Shown piece by piece: positions 28,990 to 38,483 of a stretch of 64,000 nt of DNA. A program made the position numbers and the translations under genes. Position 1 is the first letter of the stretch. The number at the start of each line of letters is the position of its first letter. This stretch comes from a virus, in the IMG/VR virus record IMGVR_UViG_3300009594_000003, positions 1 to 64,000 of that record; one strand, 5' to 3'. The notes below the pieces were generated by a model, which searched no databases, was not told the origin of the DNA, and saw only the letters and a list, made by a program, of their open reading frames with translations.

Positions 28990-29130
28990 CTAAGCAAATA
29001 TCTTTCTTCTGGGCTTCTGAACCTTGTCCACGGCTTCCTTTTTCTGTGTAGAGACAATGTTCGCACTCTTGTGACCGCACCCGCAGCCATTCTGTCTCGG
29101 TTGAACTTGTCGTCGCTGTGCTGGGTTCAT
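28990..29130 (-). CDS. 46-aa basic protein with GCGCG motif
   Basis: manual translation MNPAQRRQVQPRQNGCGCGHK...; TATATA box 4 nt upstream. Confidence 0.5.
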   Translation of the reverse strand: MNPAQRRQVQPRQNGCGCGHKSANIVSTQKKEAVDKVQKPRRKIFA

Positions 29131-29155
29131 GCTGTATATATCCTAGTAAGAAAAC

Positions 29156-29188
29156 AATAAGGCTGGCAGTTGAACTGCCAGCCTTATT
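29156..29188. terminator. Terminator hairpin
   Basis: AATAAGGCTGGCAG-TTGAA-CTGCCAGCCTTATT. Confidence 0.7.
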
Positions 29189-29209
29189 CGGAATCACCCA
29201 AGATGGACG

Positions 29210-29323
29210 TTAGCTTCTCTTGCTAGAGTTGCTCTTCTTGGCCTTCTTGCCCTTCGTTTCCTTCTTGATGGTCTTCTTTGCCTTCTTCGGAGTCTCCTTA
29301 GAGGCGGTAGTCTTCTTACTCAT
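29210..29323 (-). CDS. 37-aa Lys-rich histone-H1-like peptide
   Basis: AAAGGAG RBS; MSKKTTASKETPKKAKKTIKKETKGKKAKKSNSSKRS. Confidence 0.5.
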   Translation of the reverse strand: MSKKTTASKETPKKAKKTIKKETKGKKAKKSNSSKRS

Positions 29324-29365
29324 TACGATTATCTCCTTTGTTGAGGTAAGTGAACTAGTAGAGAA

Positions 29366-30049
29366 TCATTGTATCAAAAAATCACAGCACGAGAAAACTT
29401 TTGTATCCTCCATGTCAAAATTCTTATCGTGTTGTAGATTACCGACACATCCTCCTAACGTCGGTATCAACAACCTCTTGCCAGGAGGGCGGTATCTCTT
29501 GGTGTAGAACTTGATTATAGCCTCCTCGTATTTTTTGTAGAGCTTGTGCATACGCACCCCTGGAATGTGTTTTGAGAGATTGAAGCAAGCAAGGATGTTT
29601 GAGACGGTCTTGAGGGCGTAATGTATCTTGACCTTCTTCCGGCCACGACCAACCTTGTTGAAGTCGATGAACCAAGTCAATGAATCTGGATCGTAACTGA
29701 AAACGGGATTGAGGAGGCCGACCTTCTCATGTGCGTCTATGTAGTCCTCGATCTCCGAGAGGAACATAGACCTGCGGTGTCCAAGGTAGAAGACGTTGTA
29801 GAAGTAACCAGGGATGGTGCGGAAAGTCAGGGCCAAGATATTCTTGTTGACCTTGGTGTTGAAGTTGTGACGCAAGCAAAAGGGGCAGAAGAACTCGCTA
29901 CCGGAGAGTTTTTCGCAGATGCCCCTGATTTCCGGGTAGAGACCTACGGTTTTTTCGCAAAAGCTGCATGTGAAATGTATCTTCTCAGATAATTCGTTCT
30001 TAACTGCCTTCTTTGGCAACAGTCGCACATTTTTGACGCTTACGCTCAT
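29366..30049 (-). CDS. Zn-finger hypothetical protein
   Basis: CSFC and CPFC pairs; 227-aa ORF. Confidence 0.7.
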   Translation of the reverse strand: MSVSVKNVRLLPKKAVKNELSEKIHFTCSFCEKTVGLYPEIRGICEKLSGSEFFCPFCLRHNFNTKVNKNILALTFRTIPGYFYNVFYLGHRRSMFLSEIEDYIDAHEKVGLLNPVFSYDPDSLTWFIDFNKVGRGRKKVKIHYALKTVSNILACFNLSKHIPGVRMHKLYKKYEEAIIKFYTKRYRPPGKRLLIPTLGGCVGNLQHDKNFDMEDTKVFSCCDFLIQ

Positions 30050-30163
30050 CTATCCTACACCCAAGGGCCTAGATTCAGGAATGCTATCAGAACTTCCGAA
30101 AAAAATCAATTTTCGCCCTATATACCAAAGGAATTCCAACTCGAAATAAGCGAGGTATACCTT

Positions 30164-30385
30164 ATGAAGACATTCATGCAATGGGCTGAGACAAACAAGC
30201 ACGACCTGAGTTTTCTAGTTACAGATGCCCCAGAGGGCAAGGATACTGTGGACGAGAAGACCAAGCGTGCCGGTATCAGCGATAACTATCCTGATGCCTA
30301 CGTGAAGAAGCAATATCCTCACAAGTATTTCAACCCGATTTCCGCCACGGCTGACAGCCAGCTAGGTGGGAAGATTGGCAGCTAA
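30164..30385 (+). CDS. Small CTS-like protein
   Basis: MKTFMQWAE; GAGG RBS; TATATA upstream. Confidence 0.65.
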   Translation: MKTFMQWAETNKHDLSFLVTDAPEGKDTVDEKTKRAGISDNYPDAYVKKQYPHKYFNPISATADSQLGGKIGS

Positions 30386-30387
30386 AC

Positions 30388-30415
30388 AAAAAGCCCGGCG
30401 TAAGCCGGGCTTTTT
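30388..30415. terminator. Bidirectional terminator
   Basis: AAAAAGCCCGGC-GTAA-GCCGGGCTTTTT. Confidence 0.85.
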
Positions 30416-30417
30416 GT

Positions 30418-31053
30418 TTATAGATTGTGATTCCAAGCTCGCTCGTCCTCAGAATAAAGTTCATTCTGTTCTCTCAGACTCAGCACGTAGTCCAATGCAC
30501 GCTCTACATCCATAGAGTCATGGATGTAGTTTTCCATGTTCCTAAGCCGTTCGTACTTAGCATATCGGTTCGGCGGATTCTTAGCCGTAGATAGGTCTAC
30601 AAAATCGACCTTGGAAGGTACTGCCTTGGAACTGGACTTGCCGGATTTATTTGCAGTGGGTGCCGACTTGCTGCCGCAATTGCTAGCACCACCTGGGCCG
30701 CAGCAAGACCCACTAGTGGAAGGATTCAACACCTTCTGGATTCGTTTCTCGTGATCTTTCTGAACGACTGTCTTATCGTCATCGTCATCTGGCACATCTA
30801 GTCGCTCCCAATAACCCCACTGATCTTCATTCTGCGGGTTCTGAACGACCATGCCCGACTTGTAATACTTTTGGATGATCTGTTCGACACGTTCTTTGGT
30901 CAGGTTGGCTTCTTTTGATATAGCAGACGTACTTCGCCACTTGTACTTCGGATGACGTGCTAGTGCTATAAAGAAACGCTGTTCCTCATCACCTTCTTTG
31001 GTGCCTTGAGGATATACCTGCGTCCACTTCTTCAACTTCTTTTTATTCGCCAT
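30418..31053 (-). CDS. Hypothetical protein with winged-HTH-like N-domain
   Basis: WRSTSAISKEANLTKERVEQII..Y...GMV. Confidence 0.6.
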   Translation of the reverse strand: MANKKKLKKWTQVYPQGTKEGDEEQRFFIALARHPKYKWRSTSAISKEANLTKERVEQIIQKYYKSGMVVQNPQNEDQWGYWERLDVPDDDDDKTVVQKDHEKRIQKVLNPSTSGSCCGPGGASNCGSKSAPTANKSGKSSSKAVPSKVDFVDLSTAKNPPNRYAKYERLRNMENYIHDSMDVERALDYVLSLREQNELYSEDERAWNHNL

Positions 31054-31148
31054 AGTATTTTTCTCCAAACTACTATAGATAGAGTGTAGCTAATTAGATC
31101 GGCTGGCACAATATCTAAGTAACAGCCGAAGAAAAAAGAAAGGTCAGT

Positions 31149-31628
31149 ATGGGCAAAATCAACCGTCTCAGTAAGAGAGTAACCAAGTACGAAGCTCTCG
31201 CACAACAGCGTGAGCGACTGGAGTATAAGACGAAAGGCGAAGGACTCTATCTATATAGAAACAAGTCCAAGGATGCAACATTAGAGTTGCCAAAGCCAAC
31301 CACATCAGGCCAACGTGTCGTTCAACCGCTGGGAGAGTGGCAAGGCGACAACTACTACATGCAGTTGGTGAGGACCAATCTAGCAACTCTCGTCCGTGAA
31401 ATTATATCTCCAACAGAGGAAAAAGCCATGAACGAAAAGAAACTCATTCTAGATCAACCCGACCGTGTGACCGTCAAAGGCACTGTCGAGCAGGTTTTGG
31501 TCGAGCCAAACGACGCAGAAGCAACCCCGCCGACGTCAACCAGAAGGACCAAGAGAGAGCATTCCAAGAAGAAAGAAACGCTCTTGAACGAGGCCCCGGT
31601 AGATGGGGTTGAGATCGTTTTGAGCTAA
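31149..31628 (+). CDS. Hypothetical protein
   Basis: 159-aa ORF with RBS, followed by a hairpin at about 31652-31682. Confidence 0.65.
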   Translation: MGKINRLSKRVTKYEALAQQRERLEYKTKGEGLYLYRNKSKDATLELPKPTTSGQRVVQPLGEWQGDNYYMQLVRTNLATLVREIISPTEEKAMNEKKLILDQPDRVTVKGTVEQVLVEPNDAEATPPTSTRRTKREHSKKKETLLNEAPVDGVEIVLS

Positions 31629-31719
31629 CCCGAAAAAGACAATTTTATTCTAGAGCCGTCGTGCTTCCGCACGACGGCTCTTTCTACATCAGGCTTCTAG
31701 ATTCCCCGAATTAGGCCAC

Positions 31720-31747
31720 TTGACATCGGCTTCCCGGTGACTATAAT
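31720..31747 (+). promoter_or_regulatory. Sigma70 consensus early promoter
   Basis: TTGACA-N16-TATAAT. Confidence 0.75.
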
Positions 31748-31793
31748 GCTCGTAGCGGTTTGTGGCAACAGTGTTCTCTGAGGAGACCAAGAA

Positions 31794-33032
31794 ATGGCGA
31801 ACAGCATTCGTAGGCAAGTGATGCTGAAGCGAAAGTGCAGTCAGAAGACCAACGACAAGACCACGAAGAAACAGGTTGAGTACATCGCCAAGCGTTCCAC
31901 CACCGGCTCTCGTGGCAAAGGCTGGGAGTACAAGGTCAAGAAAGCCGCTGCCCCAGTGAAGGTCGGCGAGTCGTGGATTTTCACGTATCGCATCGAGTAC
32001 CAGAAGTCGGGCGGGCGAGGCGAGGCGTGGAAGGGTCAGTGGGCCGAAATCCTGAAGTACGTCATCGAGGTCGGCAACGGCACCAAGTACGGCAAATTTC
32101 CGTGGCGGGTCACGCACCCCGATGAGAAGGAGATCAAGGCAATTCTGGCCGAGGAAGGCTACCTGGAGGAGTTGGATCATGTCTTCATGCCGGACAACGA
32201 GCGTCCGACCGTGCATGACGACAAGTTACTGCCGATGGACGAGGACCACCAGAAGAAGTACGCCGACATCAGCTTCGACCGCAAGGACCACTTCACGCAC
32301 ATCTACGACCGTGATGCTCAGATCGAGCGGGTCATCTCGGCGATCAAGGCGGCTCAGGCTTCCTTGATGGAGAACCGCTTCCACTGCGTTCTCTACGGTC
32401 CTCCTGGCTGCGGAAAAACCGAAATTCTGCTCGCCGTCTGTACGATGCTCGGTCGTGAGGGCGAAGCCTACATCAAGCTAGATGCGACTAGCACCACCAA
32501 GGCCGGTATCGAGTCGCATCTACTCGACCCCAACACACTCATTCCTCCGGTTATCATGATCGAGGAAATCGAGAAGACGAACGAGATGGACCTGCGGTGG
32601 ATGCTGGGCGTTCTAGACAAGCGTGGTGAGATTCGCAAGCTGAACTACCGCATCAACGCACGCCGCAACGTGCCGATGCTTTGCCTCGCCACGGTGAACA
32701 ACATGGAGTTATTCAAGAACGTGCTGGCAGGTGCCCTTGCCAGCCGGTTCCCAAATAAGCTATACTGTCCTCGCCCTGGTCGGGAGATCATGAAGCGTAT
32801 CCTCGAACGTGAGGTTGCCAAGTCCAAGGGCAAGACTGAGTGGATCGAACCCGCTCTCCAGTTTGCCGTGGACGACCTGGGTATCAACGACCCACGAGAG
32901 GTCACGCCAATCTGTCTCTGCGGTGGAGACGATCTCCTGAAGAAGACGTACCAGCGGTGGTACATTCACACGATGGAGCCGGGCGACCAGGAGAAGGCCA
33001 AGGAAAAGGCTCCGCACTGGTTCAAGGACTAG
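31794..33032 (+). CDS. AAA+ ATPase
   Basis: Walker A GPPGCGKT, Walker B IMIEEIEK, sensor ATVN, Arg finger ASRF. Confidence 0.85.
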   Translation: MANSIRRQVMLKRKCSQKTNDKTTKKQVEYIAKRSTTGSRGKGWEYKVKKAAAPVKVGESWIFTYRIEYQKSGGRGEAWKGQWAEILKYVIEVGNGTKYGKFPWRVTHPDEKEIKAILAEEGYLEELDHVFMPDNERPTVHDDKLLPMDEDHQKKYADISFDRKDHFTHIYDRDAQIERVISAIKAAQASLMENRFHCVLYGPPGCGKTEILLAVCTMLGREGEAYIKLDATSTTKAGIESHLLDPNTLIPPVIMIEEIEKTNEMDLRWMLGVLDKRGEIRKLNYRINARRNVPMLCLATVNNMELFKNVLAGALASRFPNKLYCPRPGREIMKRILEREVAKSKGKTEWIEPALQFAVDDLGINDPREVTPICLCGGDDLLKKTYQRWYIHTMEPGDQEKAKEKAPHWFKD

Positions 33033-33062
33033 CGATCTAGCTGGTCCTAGAAAGGACTAGCA

Positions 33063-33485
33063 ATGTTCGCACTACTCAAAAATGGGCGTCTTGTGAACCT
33101 CACGGCTTGCAGCACAGAGGTCACGAACGCCCTGGCCGATGGAACGGCTGACACAGTGAAGAAGGTCGAAACGCTTGACGAAGTGGCGGTACTGGTGAAC
33201 AACCGGTGCAGCCACTTCGCCGTTGACCAAGACACGTCGGAAGACGCAGACGGCGTTCTCTCCGCTCTCGGACAATTCTTCGACAACATGCGAACCTCCA
33301 TCGAGGATGGAGCCTCAAGTCTATATGAACAGGCCCGGTCTCTGTCCGGCAAGGACATCCTTACCAGGGCCGAGGCTGCATTCAAACAAGCGAGGGACGC
33401 AGGTGCCCAGAAGCTCGATGAGCTTCGGAAAGTCGTACACAAGGCCACCGAAAAAGTCGTACACAAGGCCACCGAAAAGAAGTAA
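33063..33485 (+). CDS. Hypothetical protein
   Basis: AAAGGA RBS; C-terminal KVVHKATE duplication. Confidence 0.6.
   Translation: MFALLKNGRLVNLTACSTEVTNALADGTADTVKKVETLDEVAVLVNNRCSHFAVDQDTSEDADGVLSALGQFFDNMRTSIEDGASSLYEQARSLSGKDILTRAEAAFKQARDAGAQKLDELRKVVHKATEKVVHKATEKK
33429..33476 (+). repeat. Perfect 24-bp tandem duplication, in frame
   Basis: AAAGTCGTACACAAGGCCACCGAA x2. Confidence 0.9.
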
Positions 33486-33489
33486 CGGG

Positions 33490-33740
33490 ACAGTTGAAAG
33501 AAAATCGAAGACGCATGGAGCCAGTTCCAGAACCAAAACGGCAGATGTGCTATTAGTGGGGTCGAAATCAAGTTGGTCAGAAACTATAGCACTGCTCCTA
33601 GAAGGAAGCACCAAACAGCATCACTAGACAGGATTGACAGCACTAAAGGCTATGTCAAAGAAATGTGGCCTGGGTGCATAAAGCGGTACAACAAATAAAG
33701 TGGAACTTCACGCTCTCAGAACTCGTAGACTGGTGTGGTT
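33490..33740 (+). pseudogene. HNH endonuclease remnant
   Basis: manual translation QNGRCAISG....TASLDRIDSTKGYV..(frameshift)NVAWVHK; no start codon. Confidence 0.7.
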
Positions 33741-33758
33741 TGATTTAGAGACATCAAA

Positions 33759-35132
33759 ATGAGTAAGCTGGTTGTAGAAGTGTGTCGTGTTGAAAAGATC
33801 GAAGATCACCCAAACGCCAATCGTATGAAGTTGGCGACAATCAAGGGTTGGAAGACCTGTGTACGGCATGACCCAGAAACAGGCTGGACGCAATTCAAAC
33901 CGGGTGATTTCTGTGTGTATTTTCCGCCCGACGCCATTCTGCCGCCTGCACTCGCCAACGACAGACTTGGGATCATGAAGTATCTCAAGGAACTGCCGAA
34001 AAACGAGCTAGGTGAACGCACGCCTGGAGGCAGAGTTGCAGCCACGAACTTGCGGGGATACCCCAGCTACGGTGTCATCATGAAGATTGATCCCAAGTGG
34101 GGCGATGACCCGAACTGGCCGGTCGGCACCGATCTAGCTGAACACTTCGGTGTCACCAAGTACGAACCGCCGTTGGACTGCACCGATGGAGACGCTGAAA
34201 AGCAATGCCCTCGCTTCTACGATTACACTTCCATCGAACACTACGGCAACTTCCCCGCTGCGTTCGATGCCGGTGAAGAAATTATTCTGACCGAAAAGGT
34301 CCACGGCAAGAACTGCCGAATGGGTCTGTGTCTGGACACAGATGAGAACTGCGTTCCGGGCTGGGTCTACATGTGTGGGTCGCACGACGTTCGCCGAAAG
34401 GAATGGTCTCCACAGAACCGCCGCTTCCAGGCTGCGGAGTTGATGGAGAGCATGATCGTCAGCGAAAAGGCACCGCCACTCGGCACCATCTTCCTATACA
34501 ACGGAAGCTGGTGGAAAGTAGAAGAATGCTACGAGCGTCCCGTCAAGTCGATTCTGCTCGACGCCGAGGGCAAGCGGTACTTTGGGCCTGAAGAGATTCG
34601 GGCATACATCAAGACCGCTCGCTGCACGCAGGAAGGTGAGACGATCCTGCGGAAATCTGAATTCTGGGAGTTTCTAAACGACGGCGTAAAGGGCCTGCTG
34701 GAGTACATGCGGGACGAATATCCCTGGGATGGGAACAAGTTCAGCATCATCCTCTACGGCGAACTATACGGCAGTGGCGTTCAGGATATGACCTACGGTA
34801 TGAGGACCAAGGGTTTCAGGGCCTTCGACCTTGCCTTGAACAACCTCTATCTGGATTTCGCCGTCAAGGTAGACCTGTTCAAGCGGTTCGGCATCGAGAT
34901 GGTGCCGATTCTGTACCAAGGACCGTTTTCCCAGGAAGTGGTCGAAAAGCACACCAGCGGCCCGACTACCCTCTGTGAACCATCAGCGATCAAGAGTGGT
35001 TTCAAGGGGCGGGAAGGCGTGGTGATCTTGCCGACCAAGGAACGGCTCAGTCCTGTGATCGGAAAACGCTGCTGCCTGAAATCAGTGTCTACCGATTACC
35101 TCGCCCGGTCTGGCGGTACTGATTTCCACTAG
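33759..35132 (+). CDS. RNA ligase, DRB0094/Rnl5-like
   Basis: N-terminal HPNA.R...A.I.GW module; motif I TEKVHG, YGELYG..VQ, FD, REGVVI, LKSVS.DYL. Confidence 0.85.
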   Translation: MSKLVVEVCRVEKIEDHPNANRMKLATIKGWKTCVRHDPETGWTQFKPGDFCVYFPPDAILPPALANDRLGIMKYLKELPKNELGERTPGGRVAATNLRGYPSYGVIMKIDPKWGDDPNWPVGTDLAEHFGVTKYEPPLDCTDGDAEKQCPRFYDYTSIEHYGNFPAAFDAGEEIILTEKVHGKNCRMGLCLDTDENCVPGWVYMCGSHDVRRKEWSPQNRRFQAAELMESMIVSEKAPPLGTIFLYNGSWWKVEECYERPVKSILLDAEGKRYFGPEEIRAYIKTARCTQEGETILRKSEFWEFLNDGVKGLLEYMRDEYPWDGNKFSIILYGELYGSGVQDMTYGMRTKGFRAFDLALNNLYLDFAVKVDLFKRFGIEMVPILYQGPFSQEVVEKHTSGPTTLCEPSAIKSGFKGREGVVILPTKERLSPVIGKRCCLKSVSTDYLARSGGTDFH

Positions 35133-35180
35133 GATTTTCCCTGGTTTCGAGCGGGCCTGCCTCACGGCAGGCCCGCTCTC

Positions 35181-35209
35181 TTGACACCTGAATTCAGGAT
35201 GTCTAGAAT
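35181..35209 (+). promoter_or_regulatory. Sigma70-like promoter
   Basis: TTGACA-N17-TAGAAT immediately after a hairpin at about 35149-35178. Confidence 0.65.
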
Positions 35210-35219
35210 TGCGACGGAG

Positions 35220-35704
35220 GTTGGGCGAGGCGTTTATGCCGGGTCTTTCGACCCTCCGACTCTGGGACACATATACGTCATCGACCAGACCGCACGGCTC
35301 TTTGACGAGTTGATCGTTGCCGTTGGCGACAACCCTGAAAAAAAGTTTTCTGAACGCAGCAGGATAGATATGCTGAAAGAGAGCATCCTGCTTTTGCAGC
35401 AACGTCTTCAAGGCGACCATCCCATCGAGAACATCCGAGTCGATCATTTCCGTAATCGGTTTCTCATTGACTACGCCAAAGAACAAAACGCAAAGTATAT
35501 CATTCGAGGAATCCGCAACTCCCAGGATTTCGAGTTTGAGAAAGCAATGCGGTATCTCAATGCCGACCTCACGCCAGGGATAACAACCCTGTTCATTGTC
35601 CCTCCACGAGAGTTGGCTGAAATCAGTTCCAGTGTTGTGAAGGGGGTGTGTGGACCGGAGGGCTGGCAGCGTGTTGTCCAGTCTATGGTCCCACCCCCGG
35701 TCTG
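35220..35704 (+). CDS. coaD: Phosphopantetheine adenylyltransferase; start uncertain and 3' end fused to unrelated sequence
   Basis: VYAGSFDPPTLGH, IIRGIR...DFEFE, ISSSVVK; the frame runs on into non-homologous sequence to 35861. Confidence 0.8.
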
Positions 35705-35990
35705 CTCAGCAAGTGCACCGTCAAAGACGTGGATGAGGAAGGCTAGCTCACTTGTGAGCCGAAGCCCGATAACGAAGTTCTCGCCGTTCAGATCGGCGAG
35801 GACCACGCCGGGCCGGACGGTTTCACCCTCATCGGTCAGTGGGGTGATGAACGAATCGTAGATGGAAAGCAGTGCTTCCTGCAATACGGTATTGCGGGGA
35901 CTACGTACTGCAAAGCGTTACTAACCCCAACGACCGATGGATCGTGAAGCGTGGCCTCTACTTCTCCGACTATCTTCTTGGCAGAAACAC
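35705..35990 (+). pseudogene. 3' fragment of an unrelated gene joined to coaD by a deletion
   Basis: alternate frame SKCTVKDVDEEG*LTCEPKPDNEV...QWG...QYG.AGDYVLQ; TAG at 35744-35746. Confidence 0.45.
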
Positions 35991-36082
35991 TCAGAAAATC
36001 TGCTGCCTAGAAATACAACCTCCGCTACTCTAATAAATGACGGCGTGGTTTCCACGCCGTCATTTATGTTTTTGGAGGTTGA

Positions 36083-36820
36083 ATGAAAGGTATTATTCTT
36101 GCAGGAGGTCTCGGCACACGCCTGCACCCTTTGACAAGGGTTACGAACAAGTGTTTGTTGCCGATCTACAACAAGCCCATGATATACTACCCGATTCAGA
36201 ATCTAATCGATTCGGGTATCAACGACATTCTGCTCGTGTGTGGCGGTAATGCTGCCGGTGAATTCCTGAGAATCCTTGGGAATGGCGAAGAATTCGGCAT
36301 CAAGCATCTACACTACACATATCAGAAGGAAGCGAGCGGCATTGCCCACGCTCTGGGATTGGCGAGAGAATTCTGTAACGGTCAGCCAATGACCGTAATG
36401 CTAGCAGACAACATTCTAGAGAACCCCGTTCGGGAACAAGTGCAGGAATTTTCGGCCAACCCTGTCGGAGCGAAAATCTTCCTCACCAAAGTTGCAAACC
36501 CATCTGCCTACGGCGTAGTTGAAGCTGATACCGAGGGGAATATCCTCAGTATAGAAGAAAAACCGAAGTATCCAAAGTCGGACGAGATTGCAATTGGACT
36601 CTACATGTACGATAATACCGTCTGGGAGTTCATTGACCAGCTAAAGCCATCTGCTCGTGGCGAGCTAGAGATCACCGACTTGAACAACCACTTCCTCCGA
36701 AATGGCAGACTCAAGGCACATCGAATCAACGGATGGTGGGCTGATTGCGGAGAGAACTTCGACATGTATTTAGACGCTTCTAACAAAGCGAGGGAATTAT
36801 GGCATAAGAAGCGACGGTAA
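36083..36820 (+). CDS. rfbA: Glucose-1-phosphate thymidylyltransferase (short form)
   Basis: MKGIILAGG.GTRLHPLT...NK.LLP.Y.KPMIYYP, EEKP, PSARGELEITD. Confidence 0.9.
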   Translation: MKGIILAGGLGTRLHPLTRVTNKCLLPIYNKPMIYYPIQNLIDSGINDILLVCGGNAAGEFLRILGNGEEFGIKHLHYTYQKEASGIAHALGLAREFCNGQPMTVMLADNILENPVREQVQEFSANPVGAKIFLTKVANPSAYGVVEADTEGNILSIEEKPKYPKSDEIAIGLYMYDNTVWEFIDQLKPSARGELEITDLNNHFLRNGRLKAHRINGWWADCGENFDMYLDASNKARELWHKKRR

Positions 36821-36907
36821 AACCCAAAAAGGACTGGTAGGATTTAATGTTTCTAGGCATAATAGGCGTGCAAGTAGTTGTACTAGCCTATTTGCTATGG
36901 GTGTGAT

Positions 36908-38483
36908 ATGTTGAAATCCGAAGCCTTGCAGATGTTGAATGAAAAAGTGTGTTCTTGTACGAAGTGCAATGAGCTAGCTCGTACAAGAACAAACCGTTTT
37001 TAGGGAAGGCAACCCTCGCTTCTCTAATTAACCGTCCTTCTTGGACGGTTTCTTCTTTTCTGGCTATACAACTCCCGCATTAGGCACTTCAAGCCATACC
37101 TCTCCCTCTCCGCACATCTTTTTCTCGGTCAAATAATGTAAGCAGTGTCGTTTACTAGAAGAAGGAAAACCGGAGAATATGACAACATGCGTTAAAATAA
37201 TCAGGAAATCCAATGTTTCCGACCCGCTAGAACTGGTTAATCAAAACATGGTGATAGAAGATGGGTTGGAACATGGTAGGAGAAATAACCTTGAACGGCG
37301 TGCCTCGCTGGGATATGCTCGATGAGGCAAATAACCTGATTTCCAAATTAAAAACTACCAAGCCAAAATATGTTATTTACCGTGACCATGATAGAATAGG
37401 CTTCAAGAATCCCGCCGAAATCGGTTTCTTCATTACCTCCCTGAAACAACTGGATATGAAGATTATCACCGCCAACGACGAGCAGGTGGTCGATATGACC
37501 AACCTCGCTTCGACCATGCGGACGGTGCAAAACCAGTTAGCTTCATCAGCCGAGATTGAGAAGAAGGGATATAGGACACAAATTGCTCGCCGGAAGACTA
37601 TCGAGAAGAAGTCTAGTCCTGGCAAGATGTGTGTCTATGACTATGACTGGATAGTATATAACCGTGAAGGCACTTTCAAATATAAGGTCATCTACGAAGG
37701 TTACAAAAAATGCGAAGGACGGCACTGGACTGACCCACCGAAGAATACCAGAAGTCATGCCAATGCGGTGGAAAGAATATCCAGACGGCAAACGAGAAGC
37801 ATATCACGACCAGTGGGTTCAAAATAGTCACAACTGGATATTGCTCACGTCCGTTCCCATGATGGAAAAGGGCGACCGGAAGACTGAGATTGTTAATGTT
37901 GAGCGTGCCAAAGTTGTGAAAGATATATTTGACTTGGCTGACACTCCTAGTTACAAAACTCCTCACGAAATTGCCTGCATCTTCAACAATAAGGGCATCA
38001 AGAGCATGAGTAGGAAGTGGGATGCCAAGACAATAAAGTGCATCTTGTCAAACCCCATATACAAAGGGTATCCAGTCGATAATCAAACTTCAAAAGCAAA
38101 GACCGCTCGGTTGAATACTAATATAGTTACCGTGCCACCGACCAAGGAAGAACGAGCAGCAATACGCATTGTAGATATTGCACAATGGGACCGAGTGAAT
38201 AAATATCTGCGAGATAATCAGACAGGATATAAACATTTTCGCCGTGCTAATCTCGGTGACTTTTGGGCAAAGTGCTTTTTGTTCTGCGGTAACTGCCAAG
38301 ATATTTTTTACGTCGCCAATAGCACTAAATGGAAACCTTCCAAGAACTATCGCTGCGAGAAGTGTGGTGCCATAAAATCCCAATGCTAACGTCCTTTTTC
38401 TAGGTGAGGCTCCCGGTCAAAATGAAGACGGAACCGGAAGGCCCTTCGTCGGTAGGGCAGGTAGTTACTAGACGACATCATTT
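36908..38483 (+). pseudogene. Family-4 uracil-DNA glycosylase split by an insertion and truncated by an IS
   Basis: 5' part CTKCNELARTRT..VF.EGNP (36908-37015); resumes [33 protein letters not shown] (38379-38483). Confidence 0.8.
37016..38380 (+). mobile_element. About 1.37-kb element encoding a frameshifted large serine recombinase
   Basis: KIIRKS near 37195, DHDRIG, recombinase-domain IKCILSNPIYKG, IVD..QWDRV, CGNC and YRC Zn ribbon; AAYCC at both junctions. Confidence 0.7.

Noticed and set aside
33429-33476. Direct repeat as att site or mini-CRISPR
   Set aside because: Two adjacent copies with no spacer inside a coding frame; a simple tandem duplication.
34400-34660. Intein in the RNA ligase
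   Set aside because: The insert is short and lacks the Cys/Ser start and His-Asn end.
43-35132. Genome-wide TAG stop-codon reassignment
   Set aside because: TAG ends genes at their natural C-termini (guaC 1107, Dam-like LWLNY 14210, RNA ligase 35132). Most genes with internal TAG also have frameshifts, and long genes have no internal TAGs.
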